In this document: positions 39,401 to 52,984 of the stretch, piece by piece
Numbering within the stretch: the first letter of the stretch is position 1
How the letters are laid out: each line of letters starts with the position of its first letter
Assembly (NCBI RefSeq): GCF_036321535.1
Contig: NC_087438.1
Span: 3,474,001-3,538,000 of the forward strand
Source: Camelus dromedarius
Taxonomy: Eukaryota
DNA length: 64,000 bases
Reading direction: 5' to 3'
Program-made: the position numbers and the translations under genes
The notes under the pieces: model-generated
What the model was told of the DNA's origin: nothing
The model's database searches: none
The model's input: only the letters and a program-made list of their open reading frames with translations

Positions 39401-41950
39401 AAATCGTGACGCTGGCCTGTGAATCGAGCTCCCTTACGCTTTCCAGGCTCATTCTCTTCACCACCGACAGGTATTTCTAGGGCTTCAACTTCAGTTAGTT
39501 TAGCGGTTAGGTTTAGAAAATGGGAGAAATATGAATTAGCAACCTTGCCATTGTTTTGTTGACATGAACGCACTCAGTCATTCATCCAGTCACTGTTCAG
39601 TCAGCAAATGTGTATTGGTGCCAGTCTGAACCTCAGACTGTTCAAAACCACGTGGGGAAAATGTAGAGACCTTTGCTTAGTTCCCTCTGTCTCCGAATTG
39701 GATGATGGAACACCAGGGTCTCTGTTGCTGAGTGGCTAATTGGCATCACGGCCAGTTGGAACGTGGTGCCTCCGTGCATCCCAACCAAGGCCTTAGTGCT
39801 TCCGCCCAGCAATTCCAGGCACGGTGCTGAATTCTGAGTCTATAGAGAAAAAACATACAGGCTGGCCCTGTCCTCAAAACCATGCGGTCTGGAGGATGGA
39901 GTTATAACATACACATCCGTAACACGCGAGATTGTAAACTGTGGTGTGCAGAGGTCCATGAGAATTCAGAGGGGACCCCAGGAACATGGTGCAGAGAGTG
40001 ACGGGTTAGCTGCATTTGAGTATCTGTCGTAGTCAGAGGGGGAGGTCTGAGACAGCGCTCGAATATCCACACTTCATACCACTCATCTAATTGGCTAAAA
40101 GTCAGCTTACCTTTTTCACAGGAACTGCTTCATATTAGATCCACCCCCATCCCCACCTTCCGAGCATCCTTATGTGTTCTGAATCTTAGAGTAAGAGCAC
40201 ATTTTATTTTGCAAAACTTTACCTAAAGGCTTGAGCTTGTCCTTCTAGGTCCCAGAGAGCAACTGAAATGATTCTGGCTTTTTCCTCCCTGCCTCGGGTC
40301 GCCTTTGAGCCAAGTTCATAAAAACACTTCTATGCCTTTTATGAAGACCCTGATAAATTACAAAATACACCCCCTTCTTTAGTCCCCCTGCCTCTCAAGA
40401 AAGCAGAGGAGAGGGAAAACAAGTTCATCCCCTGTAGAGGGGATGCTTCCCTGGGGGACCTGGACTGTGTGCTGTCCACTCTTGTCCATTTCTTCAAGTG
40501 CCCCCCACGGTCCAGGGTGAGGTGGAGAAGCCATCTCATCCACTCTTCCCAAGAAGCAGGAACCCTTCCCTAGTCCCAGTCTCCCCGCTTCCTGCAGACC
40601 TCCCCTCATCAGGGGCATTGAGTTCAAGTCCTGTCCCAGGTCCAGCCCCTCTCACACGCCCACGGTGGCCACGTGGTCCCGGCAGGCTCCCCTCCCCTCC
40701 CTTCCCGCGGTGGACGCGTGTGCACATGTGGGTTTCAAGTCCTGCTGCCTGCTTTTCTGGTAACCAAACCTGGAACCTTAAAGATGCTAATACCTACAGC
40801 AAGGTGAGCGGCATGTGCCGCTGTCCTTTCGGACAGGTCAGTGCTGTCAGGGAAATCGGTTAGTTGGGCCAGTTTCTTGCTAAGCAGAACAGACACACAA
40901 GGATGTCACAGACATCCGTAAATGACCATCATCACCACCCTCCAAGCTCTGGTGTGCTTTAGGGTGCCATGTGCACGGCATGACCATGCCAGGCAGAGCT
41001 GTCACTGAAGCACGCCCAGGAATCACTTAGACCCTGAGCTGTTCCCAGGAATTCACACCCACTCTGCTTTCCTGGAGTTACCTTCCCTCCTCCGCTTCCA
41101 GGATCCTTCCACATGCAGGCGTTACATGTCCGTGATACATTTAGCACTTGTGGCAGAGATGATGTATGCGTCTCGTGAAAACACATGCTTTGTTTGTGGG
41201 ATATTTTCCAGGTTTCTGTGTAGTCTTACTTAAATGATTGGTTTCATTTCCTTTACAAAAGAAGAAGGCTTTTGGCAACAGTTGGGATTCATGCCATCTT
41301 TAGAATTACTGAAAACATAGAGATTCTTTGATATAATCCCAGTCTTTAAAACTGAATACCACTCTTCCAGCTACTGGCAAAATATGAAGATTTTTTTCAG
41401 TGATTCCCAAAGAGCTGGCCAGAGCTGGCTTCCGTAAAACGAATCTGAGGCCATCACTCACTAAACTCGCACCTTCCGTGGCCGGGGTCCAGCTCTGGGC
41501 TCTCCCCAGTTAAAGGATTCTTCTCTCTGACTTTCTTCCTTTCTTCTTTGAATTTTATACACTTCTTCTCTCTTATCTATTAATACGGACCATTTCGGGA
41601 GTTTGGCGGCTGTGGACATTCCCGTGGACCATGTGATTTTTCTTTCTGACAAAGAGTTGAGAGGGGGTAAGCACCGTCGAGAAATGGCTTTACAGATGCG
41701 CCCTCAGTCAGAGAAGCGATACCTGAGTCCCCGTGAACACTCAGCTAGGTGGCCGAGGAGACCCCCTCCACAGGAAACTCTTATGAAAACATAATTACCG
41801 AAAACCTAGTGTAAAAATAGAACCTGGATACCTTTGGGCCTATGGCTGTCAGTATTTTTATTTTCTCACGATATCCAGATGTTTGGAAACAAAGGGAGAA
41901 ACATTTACATTCACCTTGTATCTACTACTGTTTATGTGGAACATTAGTTT

Positions 41951-42139
41951 ATTTTATTGAAGTGTAGTCAGTTACAGTGTGTCAGTTTCTGGGGTGCCGC
42001 TCAGTGCCCCAGCCATACGTATACATACTTATATTCATTTTCATGTTCTTTCTCATTATCGGTTACTACAAGACATTGAATATAGTTCCCTGTGCTTGCA
42101 GAAGAAATTTGTTTTTTATCTGTTTTACATATAGTAGTT
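41951..42139 (-). mobile_element. Short LINE-1 3' terminus with probable TSD
   Basis: ttattgaagtgtagtcagttacagtgtgtcagtttctgggg...gttactacaagacattgaatatagttccctgtgc. Flanked by aacattagttt (41940-41950) and aacattacttt (42140-42150). Confidence 0.8.
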
Positions 42140-45100
42140 AACATTACTTTTTAATTAAAACCTCGAGCATCCCTGCTGCCTACAAACAGATTTGACCTCC
42201 AAAATTCATCCACCCTTGGTGCACTGCTGAACTGCTAGGTCCCTGACCATCTGAGTGTGGGATAAAGCACAGTGCCTAGTGTCCCCAGGCTCAGTCCCAG
42301 GGGAGATCTTGTCTTTTGGAAAATGCTATGACTCGATCTGAGATCCAGAGCCTGGAGCGGGCCCCAGCAGCCTCAGATCGGCAGGCAAGTAAGTCCCCGC
42401 CTGGTCAGGGCCCGCGTTGATGCCTGAGGGCCTGCACCGGGGATGGTGCACACCTGGGAGGAGGTGTGCACACTCCTCTTTGATGCCTGAGGTCGCTAAG
42501 GAGCCCTGGGGTCAAGGCAGTGTGCAGTAGAGCCTGGCCGGTTCAGTTTTGGTAGTCTGGGGTCTGGGCGTCGCTGGCCCACCCGGCAGGCCCCGGGCGC
42601 GTAGTGTTTCATCTGTCCGTCTGTGTGTGTCCGTGCGCCCAGCACACCCGCAGCCTGCAGGCCGGAGGCCCCACAGCCCGCCTTGGCTTCACCCCTTCAT
42701 TCCCCATCTGACTTCATCTCCATGGAAACAAAATGCAGAGACATCGGGTGCACGTCTCCTTTTGCAAATGCAGAAACAGTGGTGAATGGCCACGTTGTGA
42801 CTGGAAGGGTGTTTTTTATGGAGGCACCTGAGTGAGCCAACGCAGAAGGCCCGGGCTCTGGGCACTCGCCTGGCAGTCAAGAGGTGTCCTGCAGACGGAA
42901 GAATCTGTGACACGCGTCCTCACCCCTCATCATCCCCGAAGCTGCTGGGCTGAGCGCTGCCTCAGCCTTTCTCTCCCTCGCTTTAGTTTTGATTCTGTTC
43001 TGCACCAGTTTCATTTCTGTGAGGTTTCTCAGTGTTTTGAACTTTCCTTGGGTCTGAGGAAGGGCTCTCTGTAGCCCAGGTGCGCTGTCTCCTGCACGTC
43101 TGGTCCGCCTTCACCGTGCTCTGCCCACCAGCTGTCCGCTCCGGGAGGCCCTGGGGGGCAGGCCGCGGTCCCCGCACCCGAGAGCAGCAGCGCTGTCCGC
43201 TTCCCTGCCCAGAAGTGTGTCTCCCTGGTCCTGTTGCACCTGACGTCTGACGTGGGTTCACGTCTGTTTCTGTTACTTGCTACATTCTCCCCGAGGTTTA
43301 GATTCTGTGACATCTTTGGTGGTGGTTTTGGTGAGGTTTGCGTTCGTTACTAGCTGCTGTGACCTCAGGGTTTAGCCCAGTGCCCAGCGCATCCGCGGCA
43401 CCATGGACGAATGCAGAATCTCAACCACTTCTTGATTCATAAATACGTGAAGGCCGTGTCTGGAAATGGGGAGGTGGGTCGGCCTGCTGTGAACCCCTGG
43501 GGCGGCTTCCCGGGGCGGCCTCAGGCCCCTGGCCGCCTGCTCCTGGCCATGAAGAAGGGAGCAGGGCTTCGAATTCAAGTCCCCTTACTGCCAGTCTTAT
43601 ACCCAGCTCCCCGCAAGATACAGTTTAAGAAATGGTCCTCCAGGACAGGAAGAGCTCTGGAACAGAGAATGCTGTGAATCCTTTTCTAGCTCAAGTGAAA
43701 ATCAAACAAGGGGTTAACATTTCCACACGTGCGCATCACGTTGGGCAGAAGGATCAGGCCAGGCGGTAAGCCGTCATGTAAAGGCTGGAACACGTGGTGT
43801 GGGGTTTTGGCCAGACTGCCAGGGGCCGCGTGCCGGCCCAGCCTCTTTGAGACTCTTGACCTTCTGAGCTACTTAAGCCTTTTACGCCTCCGTGAGCCCA
43901 TCTATAAAATAAGGATAATAATGTAATTGACAGGATAGGGCTCCTTGAAGGATCAGAGGCGAGAATGCCTGTAAACCCCGAACACTTAGTCTGGCCAAAC
44001 AGACGTCAGCATCTCTGCTTTCCGTTAGCGTCACAGCTTTGCTTAAGAACTTGGACCATTTAAGCCCCTCAGCTCGTACAGCAGGAGGGGGTTTCACCAT
44101 GGTGCTCGTCACATGGGCCCAGGCAGGGCTGAGGGACACGGCCCTCCTGATTCTGGACTGCGCCGCCGTCTTCAGTGTCACGGGCGCTGTGGTACACACG
44201 TGTGCGCAGGCACGTGTGGTGCACACGCACACACTCGGAGAGGCGTGTGCAGCGTGTCTGGTGTGTCCGTGCCCACGGAGCGCGCAGGCTGGCGGCTCCG
44301 GACGAGCGGGCGAAGCTGCAGGAAGTGCTGCCTCGGGGCTTCCGTCTGGGTGGGGGATGAGCTCGCTTCGCTTCTGCAGCACTGAAAGATGATGGAGGGA
44401 AGTGGTCTTGCAAGATGCCTTCTGATTGCCCGGGCTCCTGGTGGGGCGCGCCTCTCCCGGGCGGACGCAGGTCAGCACGTGGAGTCCAGTCCTGGCACGT
44501 GGTGTTTCCGGCAGCCCGTGGGCCTGTCCACAGTGGCAGCCTCGATCTCCTGACCTGGCAGAGACCTTTGTCCCTACGGGACGCCCCAGACTGTGGTTCC
44601 ACGGGCGCTCTGACATCGGTCTGAGGGATTTTGTTCTCCCTGTCTCCATCCAGCCTGCCGTCCTAGTGTCTGTCTTTGACAACATGCCAGCCTGTAAGCC
44701 GTCCAGATCCCAGAACTGAGAACTTTAAGTCCAGGTGAATGCCCATCCCAAGATCCTGGGTGTGCAGATCACATGCATCTTGTGAGCAAAGTCTCTGATT
44801 AAGGACCCAAGGAAAACCCTGTGACACGCAGGCACAGACACTACCCACGGGCACGAGGGCTGTTTCTTTTGGTTCATGTTTAGTTCACCAGTTTTCCTCC
44901 AGGTGAGGTTGCTGGACAGCTGGAATAGAGGTCAGCCCGATGTAATGAGTAGACGGCAGAAAAGCGGGAGCTGGAGAGTGGATCCAGAGGGAGCGCGTAC
45001 GGGAGAACTGATCTGAGAGGAGCCATCCAGAAATAAAGGGACAAAATCAGGGAGATGGAAAGACATGCAGGTGATCTTGGCCAGGCCCGTGGGCTCAGAT

Positions 45101-45950
45101 TTTCAGTTCTCAAGTGAAGCAGACCTTCTGATCTCATGAGATTCTCTACAGCCCTGGACTAACTGTGAAATATAGTTCCTCAAAGCATAATCGGAACTTT
45201 TCCCCAAGCAGCCGGGCGTGTTTTTGACACCTGGGATGCACCTGCAGCCAGCCTTCCGCCTGCCCTCTGCTGAGGAGGGACCCTGAGCAGGCCCAGCACC
45301 CTGGGGTGCGTGTGTGGTGTGTGTTTGACGAGGCCTCTGATACACTTTCTGGTGTGATTTTCCGTGTCAATCAACAATTACCAGACGGATCAAAAAAGAA
45401 ACCAGAATGTCAGCTCCTCCTGCCCTGGTCTCTCAGGCTTTCGACGCTGAGTCTTCTAGGGGCAAAGAGCAGGAAGGGGAAGGAGAGGCCAGATCAGGTG
45501 GGCAGACAGGCTGCAGGCCAACAGGAGGTCAGGTGAGAGTCACCTGGGAGGTCAGGCCCCTCCTGCCGCATCCCTCATGGCCTTGTGTCCTTGAGAGAAG
45601 ACTGCCCAGGATGTCAGCAAGAGGGGGTGTGCATTTTCATGAAGGCCTCAATCTGTAGATGTTGGAATTCTGTTTTATTACAAATGTCATAAACATGGAA
45701 AATAGAGAAGATAAATTGTCCTCTGCCCCAAAGTCACTGCCAACGTTTTAATAAATCCTGTTCCATCTCTCCTCCCCACGTTCAGGTTTACAGGTATGTG
45801 CCCTCCTTTAGAAGTTCCTTCAGTAATCTTTCCTCATGTTAATCACATCCTCTGTAGCCATCATTTGCAAAGAGTTCCTCCTTGTGTATTAAGTCAATAG
45901 CTCATTTTTAATGTGGGAGTTCACATTCTTGAGCAAATATATTCAAGCAC

Positions 45951-46410
45951 TATTGATTCTTTCATTGACCTAAAACAATTAATAGCCAGTTATTTTAGCA
46001 GCAAAATGGGTTTATCAGGGACCAGCAAAGAACTGCAGTTCTGGACATGCAGTTGATGTCCAACTACAGGCAAGTCCAGAGAACAAAGAAGAGGAACGCT
46101 TCTACAGAGGAGAAGAGGGAGCTGAGGGGGCTGTTCAAAAAAAAAAACTTTATTGGAGGAAACTGGGTGTTTGAAGTATAGTGACTTTTCATTGGCTGAG
46201 TTGCGGCAGTTTCTCATTGGCTGGGCTGTTGCCAGGCAAGGAGAACTTCCTTTCTTCTGCTTCTAGTGAAGGAATGACTTTCTTCCTGTTGGAGATGCGA
46301 GGTGCCTCTCCTCCAGTTGGTAATGCAGTTGACGTCGCGTGGTAGGGATGAGCCCTCCCCCTTCTGGCCTCCTGACTCCATTTTAAATGAGGTTTCTGTT
46401 TATTTTCATA
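45951..46410 (-). mobile_element. LTR-like element (probably ERV1 class solo LTR)
   Basis: The minus strand begins tatgaaaataaacagaaacctcatttaaaatggagtcaggaggccagaagg and has three CCAAT boxes (attgg at about 46152, 46191 and 46216). No clean TSD seen. Confidence 0.6.
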
Positions 46411-46764
46411 CTTCATATGAACTGTAAATAGTGAATCCTTCCTTTTGCCTCCAAAATTTCCCTAGAAATGACACATTTTGGCTCTACTTTTTTGGAGAGT
46501 ATTTGGAAGGGGTAGTTCCTAAAAGACTAAGATGGTTTCTCTTGGGAAAACGCTACTTATAAATAGCTTGGACACCCCTCCCCTTTTGTGTGTTTGTGGG
46601 CACAGTTTGATCAGCAGCATGAGCTCTGAGACACGGAGTATAAAGATCCTGATTTCACTTTCACAAACCTAGGGTCCCACCCGTTTAAGGACACTTGATG
46701 CAAAGTTATGTGGAAAATAACTGAGATGTATTGTTGTTGGCATTGTAGGATCCCAGGCCAGCAT

Positions 46765-46906
46765 TATCATCACTTTAAGATTTGATAGGAATTCCCACCC
46801 CTGACCCGCTTAATCAGAAACCTTAGGGACAAGGAAGGGTGGGCCAGCAGACTGTGCTTTACTAAGAGCTCCAGCGGTGGTCTTGAAACCTTTGAGAACT
46901 GCTGGC
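46765..46906. mobile_element. MER5-like hAT-Charlie relic
   Basis: aatcagaaacctt...gggtgggccagcagactgtgctttactaag...tttgagaactgctgg is the typical MER5A pattern. A similar relic lies at about 53040-53200. Confidence 0.55.
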
Positions 46907-48540
46907 TCAGGGAGCCCCTTTCAATTGTGTTTCTCCCGGGAGACTTCTTTCCAAACACATTGTATGCAAACCCACTGGCTAGGGCTAGCCCCCTGCCCAG
47001 AGCCCCCAGAACCCCGCCCCCACAGGCATCTCTGAGTCCCTGGTATTCAAGGATCACAAGGGAGGACCACGTCCCTGGGAAGAGCTGATTCTAAAAGAAT
47101 AGCAGTAACTTCGCTGAGTACTGCACTTAATTTTTAAATGTCAGTCGATTTCCCACCAGGGACTGTGATGGTCAAAGGTCCCTGCTTTGTGCTCTTTGGA
47201 AGGTGAGGTAAGATGACCTTAGTGGATGAGTGGGAGAATTGAAGACAAGAACTTTCCTGGCAAACACCCAGGATGAGAGTCTGGGGACCCATGTGATTTT
47301 AATCGTGGTGGTTTTGTAAAAGGAGGGGAGAGGTTCCTGCTAACTGGACCCACGCCCCCCTGATCCTTGTAGGTTATAGATTAAAGGCAACGCTTTAACT
47401 GCCCTCCGAAGCCGGCTGGAAGCCAGACCAAGTATGGCGTCCTGCTGTAATCGGTTCCGAGTGTCTCTCCGCACCAGCTACTTCTGCACATACAGGTAGA
47501 CAGCCTCCATCCTCCATGCCAGCGGGTTACATCAAATGTGAATATCAGCCCGTTCCCACCAGCCCGCAGCAAAAGTCCCTGCTACTCATTCTCTCGGGTT
47601 CTTCTTCCCCAAGGAGACACCCTGCCTTCCCACACCTGATTCTCCACTGATACTCTCTACCCACTACCCACCAAACACACTTCTCACCACCAAACGTACC
47701 CTTTCTCTCGCTCAGGGTCACTCTGCCCCCCTTCACCCCAGATACGCTCAGGCCTCCTCAGTCTTAGAGTGACTCTTCTTTCATTCCCTCACTCTTCACT
47801 TTTTCTCTCTCACCTTTCATTGCCAAACTTTCCATGAGAGTAATCTTCACGTCCTGCTCTGTTCCCAGCCGGGAGCCACCTGCTGCTTATCCCACCTGCC
47901 TCACAGTTCATTTCTGAGAGCGCGTCCAGCCATGACCACCACCCTGTCACAAACCACGTCGCAGCCCTTTCTCAGTCCCCTCTTCCTGGCCTCCCCGCAG
48001 GCCTCTTCACAGTCACCCCCTCATCACTTCAGACTTTCTCTGCCCTTAATTTCCACCATCTGTCTGGCCCATTTGCCTCCTTCCATTATGAGCACATTCT
48101 TCTCCCTGGTTGTGTCTCTCAGGGTCCTTCAGTGTACCGCAAAGCCACCACCTGTGTCTCTGTGGCCTCCCCTAGAGTGCTGGTTTGCCCTCAGGCCTTT
48201 CCCCATCATCACTACTCAGGATGGTCTTTTGATAGAAATCGCCACGCTCTTCTTAGTCTCCCACCAGTGACAGCTGCTGGACACATTCACTTGGATTGCA
48301 ACCCCCAGAGCAAATTCTACCATCTCAGCAACAGGCATTGTTTCCTCTTTGTTTTAAAGATCTCTCTGGTCTTTCTGGACTCAGCCTGTGTCCATTTTTC
48401 TACTTAACAAGAGTCTGTCATCATCCTTCTCTAGCTCTTTCTCTCCACCTCCAATAGTCAAGAGACTCATTTCATGTCTGTTCGCTTAAGTCTTCTAGAA
48501 TATATAGATACGGATAGATCTAGACATCTCGGTATATGGT

Positions 48541-48608
48541 CATACACACACACACATATATATATATACACACATATGTATACACATATATATATATACA
48601 CGTATAGA
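48541..48608. repeat. Compound (CA)n/(TA)n microsatellite
   Basis: catacacacacacacatatatatatatacacacatatgtatacacatatatatatatacacg. Confidence 0.9.
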
Positions 48609-48619
48609 TAGCAGTCTCT

Positions 48620-50480
48620 CTCCTGCTGTCATGTTCATATTCCTTATTCTTTTATCTTGTCTAATTGTGTGGGCCAGTATTTCCAAAATGACCTTAACTA
48701 AAGTGATAATATTTTTTTTTTCTTATCCCTGACCTTTTGGGAATGTTTCTAGTGTTTACCATAACTGTGGCTTCTAGGTTTAAATAAACATGTAAATATT
48801 TATCTGCCTGTCTAGATAGACAGATGCAGATATGCATACACATAAACTCATGCAAATATACAAATATATAGATGAGAGTAGATACTCACCAGTTGTCTAT
48901 TTTATAAACATTTTTGCCAAAATCGAGGCAGAATTTGTCACATGCTGAACTGTGTTACATTTGTGGTAAACTTTATGTTTGTTCTTTAATCTATTAAAAG
49001 GGTGAAATATATTAGCCAATTTTCCAAGTACTGAACCATTCTTATGTTCCTACTAGGGATTACTATCAGTGACGTCAGGGGTTTTGCTTTCCCCATTGCT
49101 ACTTGATTCTGCCTCTCTTAATTTATTTGGTATTTTTTACATTAATATTCCCAAGTACTATTGAGCTATAGTTTTTCTTTACATGCTAAAATATACGAAA
49201 TTGTTTTAAATGGTGTAAACCTTTCTTTTTTGTATGCTCTATTTAAACAGGTATCTATTTTATCTACACTTGGTAGAATTTACTTGAAGCATCTAAAGCT
49301 GTTGCTTTTTCAGGAGTTTGATCTTTGATAATTTTTTTATATTATGTATGGTAATTAGGCCACTTAGGTTATTTATCTTTTTTAGGGGTAGTTTTGCTAA
49401 TTAAGCAAGCCATCTTTTTCTGTGGGATTTTAAATAGAATTTTTATATATTTGAACAAAGTGCCTTGATGGAATCATTTTTATTTTTTTCTACCTGCACA
49501 TATTTTCTTACTCTCATTTCTTATCTTGCATATTCATGCTGATTGTTTATTTTCTTCACTAAGTTAGTATGTCAATGACTGCTCAGCCAGGAACACAGAA
49601 ACTGTCCTAGGGACCTCAAGCAGGAAGGTATTTAATATGAAGGATCATTTGCTCACAAAATGCTTGGAAAGGTTGGGGGAGGAAAGGTCAGAGAGAGACG
49701 CACGTAGCTCTCCGAGTTGCTCCAGCTGTTAAACAGGTGGAAGGTGTAGGACATTCCAGGAATCGCTGGTGAGGGTTTGAGCTAAGCTAGCACTGGAGCA
49801 GGTGATCCCCAGGACAATGTCTGGAGATGACAGCAGACCCCACATCTGCCAAAGCCAAGGGCATAGCACCGCGGCCGGGGACGTGATGCTGTGGTTCGTC
49901 CTCCCTCTGCTCCCACATCCTGTGCTCATGACTCTCACTGGGATCTACCCGACAGCCTCGAGACAGGAGATGCAGAGACTGCAGCCCCGACACCAGCCCC
50001 GTCATCCAGGGAGAGCGAGGAAGAGGGCAGTGCACTGGGGTGCAGGTTGTTATGTTTGAGGACCACCCCTCTCCCCAAAAAGATCAGCTCTTGGACTTAC
50101 CATGTTCTCTTTGCTAACATGTGGACTTCTGCTCCACACTTTCATCTACATTCAAATATACTGATGTCTGTTCATTTTCTAATATACTGACTTCTGTTCC
50201 AATCTGTATAATTCCTTCTCTCTGCTTCCTTGAGCTGTCCTTTTCTCTAACATCCTAGTTAGGTATTAAGTTCATTTATTTCCATTCATATCTATCGTTA
50301 TCAATATAAGTATTTAAGACCATGAAATGCCTTCTGAATCTTACTTTTAGCTACACATCACAAATTCTGTTTTATAGCATTTCCTTCATTAGTCATTTCC
50401 TAGAATGAATTTTACTGTGAACCTGATGACCACTGTCCTTTTTTATTCTCTTTCCACTAATTGCTAAAAATTTCCAGGCA
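48620..50480 (-). mobile_element. Ancient L1M ORF2 remnant interrupted by an ERVL/MaLR-like LTR fragment (about 49570-50060)
   Basis: T-rich degenerate antisense L1 on both sides. Abrupt GC-richer insert starting cagccaggaacacagaaac...ggtatttaatatgaagg. Confidence 0.45.
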
Positions 50481-50559
50481 ACTCTTTACATTTTCCCTGT
50501 CTTTTCCTAACCATATAATTTCTTCCTTATCTGCTCGTGATCTGTTATGTTCTCACCCA

Positions 50560-50750
50560 AAGACTGCACTGTCCCTCGGAGGGGACACTTGGAAATTGGT
50601 GTGGGCGTTTTGGTTGCCATGGTGAGTGGGGGTAGGTAGTGATAGGCATCTGGTGGGCAGGATCCAAGGATGCTAAAAGTCTTCCAATACGGGCAACCAC
50701 GCTGCACAGCAAGTCCTATTGTGACCTAAGATGCCAGTAATTCCCACTAG
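50560..50750. mobile_element. MER3/MER20-like hAT relic
   Basis: ggggacacttggaaatt...ttttggttgccatgg...ggcatctggtgggcaggatccaaggatgctaaa motif series. Confidence 0.55.
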
Positions 50751-51632
50751 GGAAAATGAAAGGTCTCCAATGGCCCCAGCTAAAAAAAGTAACTGGTGGA
50801 GTCAGAACTTGGACATGCGTTGGACAAATTCAGTGTCTTCCTTCTGACTATATTCTTTCTAGCACATTGTTACTATGTTACTCCATGACTGACTAGCAGT
50901 AGATTCCCCTCTTATCCAAGTAAAGGCAACAATTTGGCTATGTCGCTGACACTGAGGCCAAACAAAGGTCTCCAGTAAGAAAGAAGAATAAGTACATTAA
51001 TGAGGTAAAATTCTGTTTCTATTTCAAAGCAAAACAGTGTCCTGTTTGCTTGATTAAAAGCCTATACCTTGCTCAGAACCATTAGTGGTTGTTAAGGCCT
51101 GATTCCTTCTCGAGCGTAAGGACTGAATTTCATGTGTCTTCAGTTTCAAAACTGGAAACCAAACTGAAGTCGTTATTTATAGAGTCACACCTCCTGAAAA
51201 GCCAGAAGACTTTGGTTAAAGAATTTTAAAAAATGGACTTCTAAATTGTCATGTAAGTGGAAAGGAAAGATTAATTCCTTCTCTATTTATGAGAACTGAC
51301 CACTAACAGTTTGGGAAAAGCGTGCCCTCGCTCAGTACGTCCTCATGTAAATTGGGTTATCAGATTATCCGGCTTAATTTAAGGGAGTTCACGAGATTCT
51401 GTACAGAATAGCTATAAAATGACACGTGTTTCTTTTTCTCTAACTTAATAGTCTCTTATTCCCTGTTAGCAAGTGGAAAAATAGGTTCAGAAAACACTGA
51501 TTCAGATTTCATCTCTGCATTGATATATGGTGAGTCATCTGAACTATCCCCAGTCCACCCTAAGCACTATATAAAGAAGGGAATAGACTCCTACTTGGAT
51601 GAATTTTTGGCTAAGCATTGGTTAACTCACCC

Positions 51633-51970
51633 CAGTCACCCCTCTGTATTCGTTCCAGGACCCCCCACACAGATGCCAGAATTCACAGATGCTCCAGTCC
51701 CTTATAAAAAATGGTGTGGTATTTGCATATAACCTACACACATCCCCCCATATACTTTTAATCATTTCTAGATTACTTATAATACCTAATACAGTGTAAA
51801 TTCTATGTACGTAGTTGTAAATACAATGTAAATGCTACATAAATAGTTGCTGGCATGAGACAAATTCAAGTTCATTTTTTGGAAATTTCTGCAGTTTTTT
51901 TCCTAATATTTTCTACCTGTGGTTGGTCGAATCAGCTGATTGAAAACCCTCAGAGGAGGAGGGTTGACTG
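51633..51970. mobile_element. MER2-like Tigger non-autonomous DNA transposon
   Basis: Inverted termini cagtcacccctc ... gagggttgactg. Internal ccttataaaaaatggtgtggtatttgcatataacctacac and ctagattacttataatacctaatac are characteristic of MER2. Confidence 0.8.
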
Positions 51971-52190
51971 CATCAACTTGCTGGAGCTTACTTGTTACTG
52001 AATATAATGAAATTGGCCAATGGCTGAAAAACTACTCACTAAGTGTGGGAACCAGTTAATCTACGCAAGCCGCACTCTCTGCCTCCAGGAATGTGATTTG
52101 AGACGTGACACATACTTGTCAACTGAATTTTGTCATTGGGTTCACCAGATAACATCTTGCCCAAAGTGGGATGCTTTGCAGAGGGAAAAG

Positions 52191-52984
52191 TGTTGCCCTT
52201 ATCATTTTTCTGGGACAAACCTGGGCTAGCCTGGCATGACCAGTCTTTACTCACAGCTCTTCTGACAGCAAACGTGGGTTTTCCCACGCCAACAACCATT
52301 CTGCGATTTTCCAGCCACAGAGCGCCTTACAGTTCAACTCAACCCCGGCACTGTCTACCTAGAATTACGGTCCGACCCCCCAGGCTGAGGGCGCGGGTCC
52401 ACAACACTGCCCCCACTTCTGGCACCATTTTCAAGCCTTCCATCTGGTGTGGCTGCAAATCTGCGGGTTCCAGGCTCTGACCCCTTCAGGTTCGATCGCT
52501 TGCCTCAGGGGCTAACAGACTAAGGGGGGCACTTTTGTCAGTCACCACCCCTGGTTTACTGTAAAAGACACAAGGGAGCAGCCAGATAAAGAGGGACCCG
52601 GGAGGGGTAGGGTTCCAGACCCCATGAAGTGGGGGTGTGCCATCCTCCCGGCGTGTGGATGCTTCCCCAGCCTGGAGGCTCTCTGAACCCTGTTGTTTAG
52701 GGGTTTCCATGGCGACCTCATCACACAGGCAGGGCTGATTAAGTCACTGGCCATTGGTAGTTGAACTAAATCTCCAGCCCATCTCCTCGCCCCAGAGGTC
52801 AGGGATGGGATGAAAACCGTCTCACACTCCTTCATCTTTCTGGGGACCAGCTCTGCCCACGAACTATCTAGGGACCCCTTCACCAGTCAGCTCATTAGCA
52901 GACAAAAGGCACTCCAAAGGTTCTAGAATCTGTGTGCCAAGAACCAGGGACAAAGACCAAAATTTTGTTTTTGACTGTATCACA
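52191..52984 (-). mobile_element. MER21-like solo LTR
   Basis: The minus strand begins tgtgatacagtc...tttggtctttgtcccctggttcttggcacacag. Internal cacaacactgcccccacttc and gattaagtcactggccattggt match my recollection of MER21. Left boundary approximate. Confidence 0.7.

Noticed and set aside
43882..44685. 267-aa minus-strand ORF and overlapping ORFs
   Set aside because: GC-rich sequence depleted of stop codons in several frames at once, with no recognisable domain.
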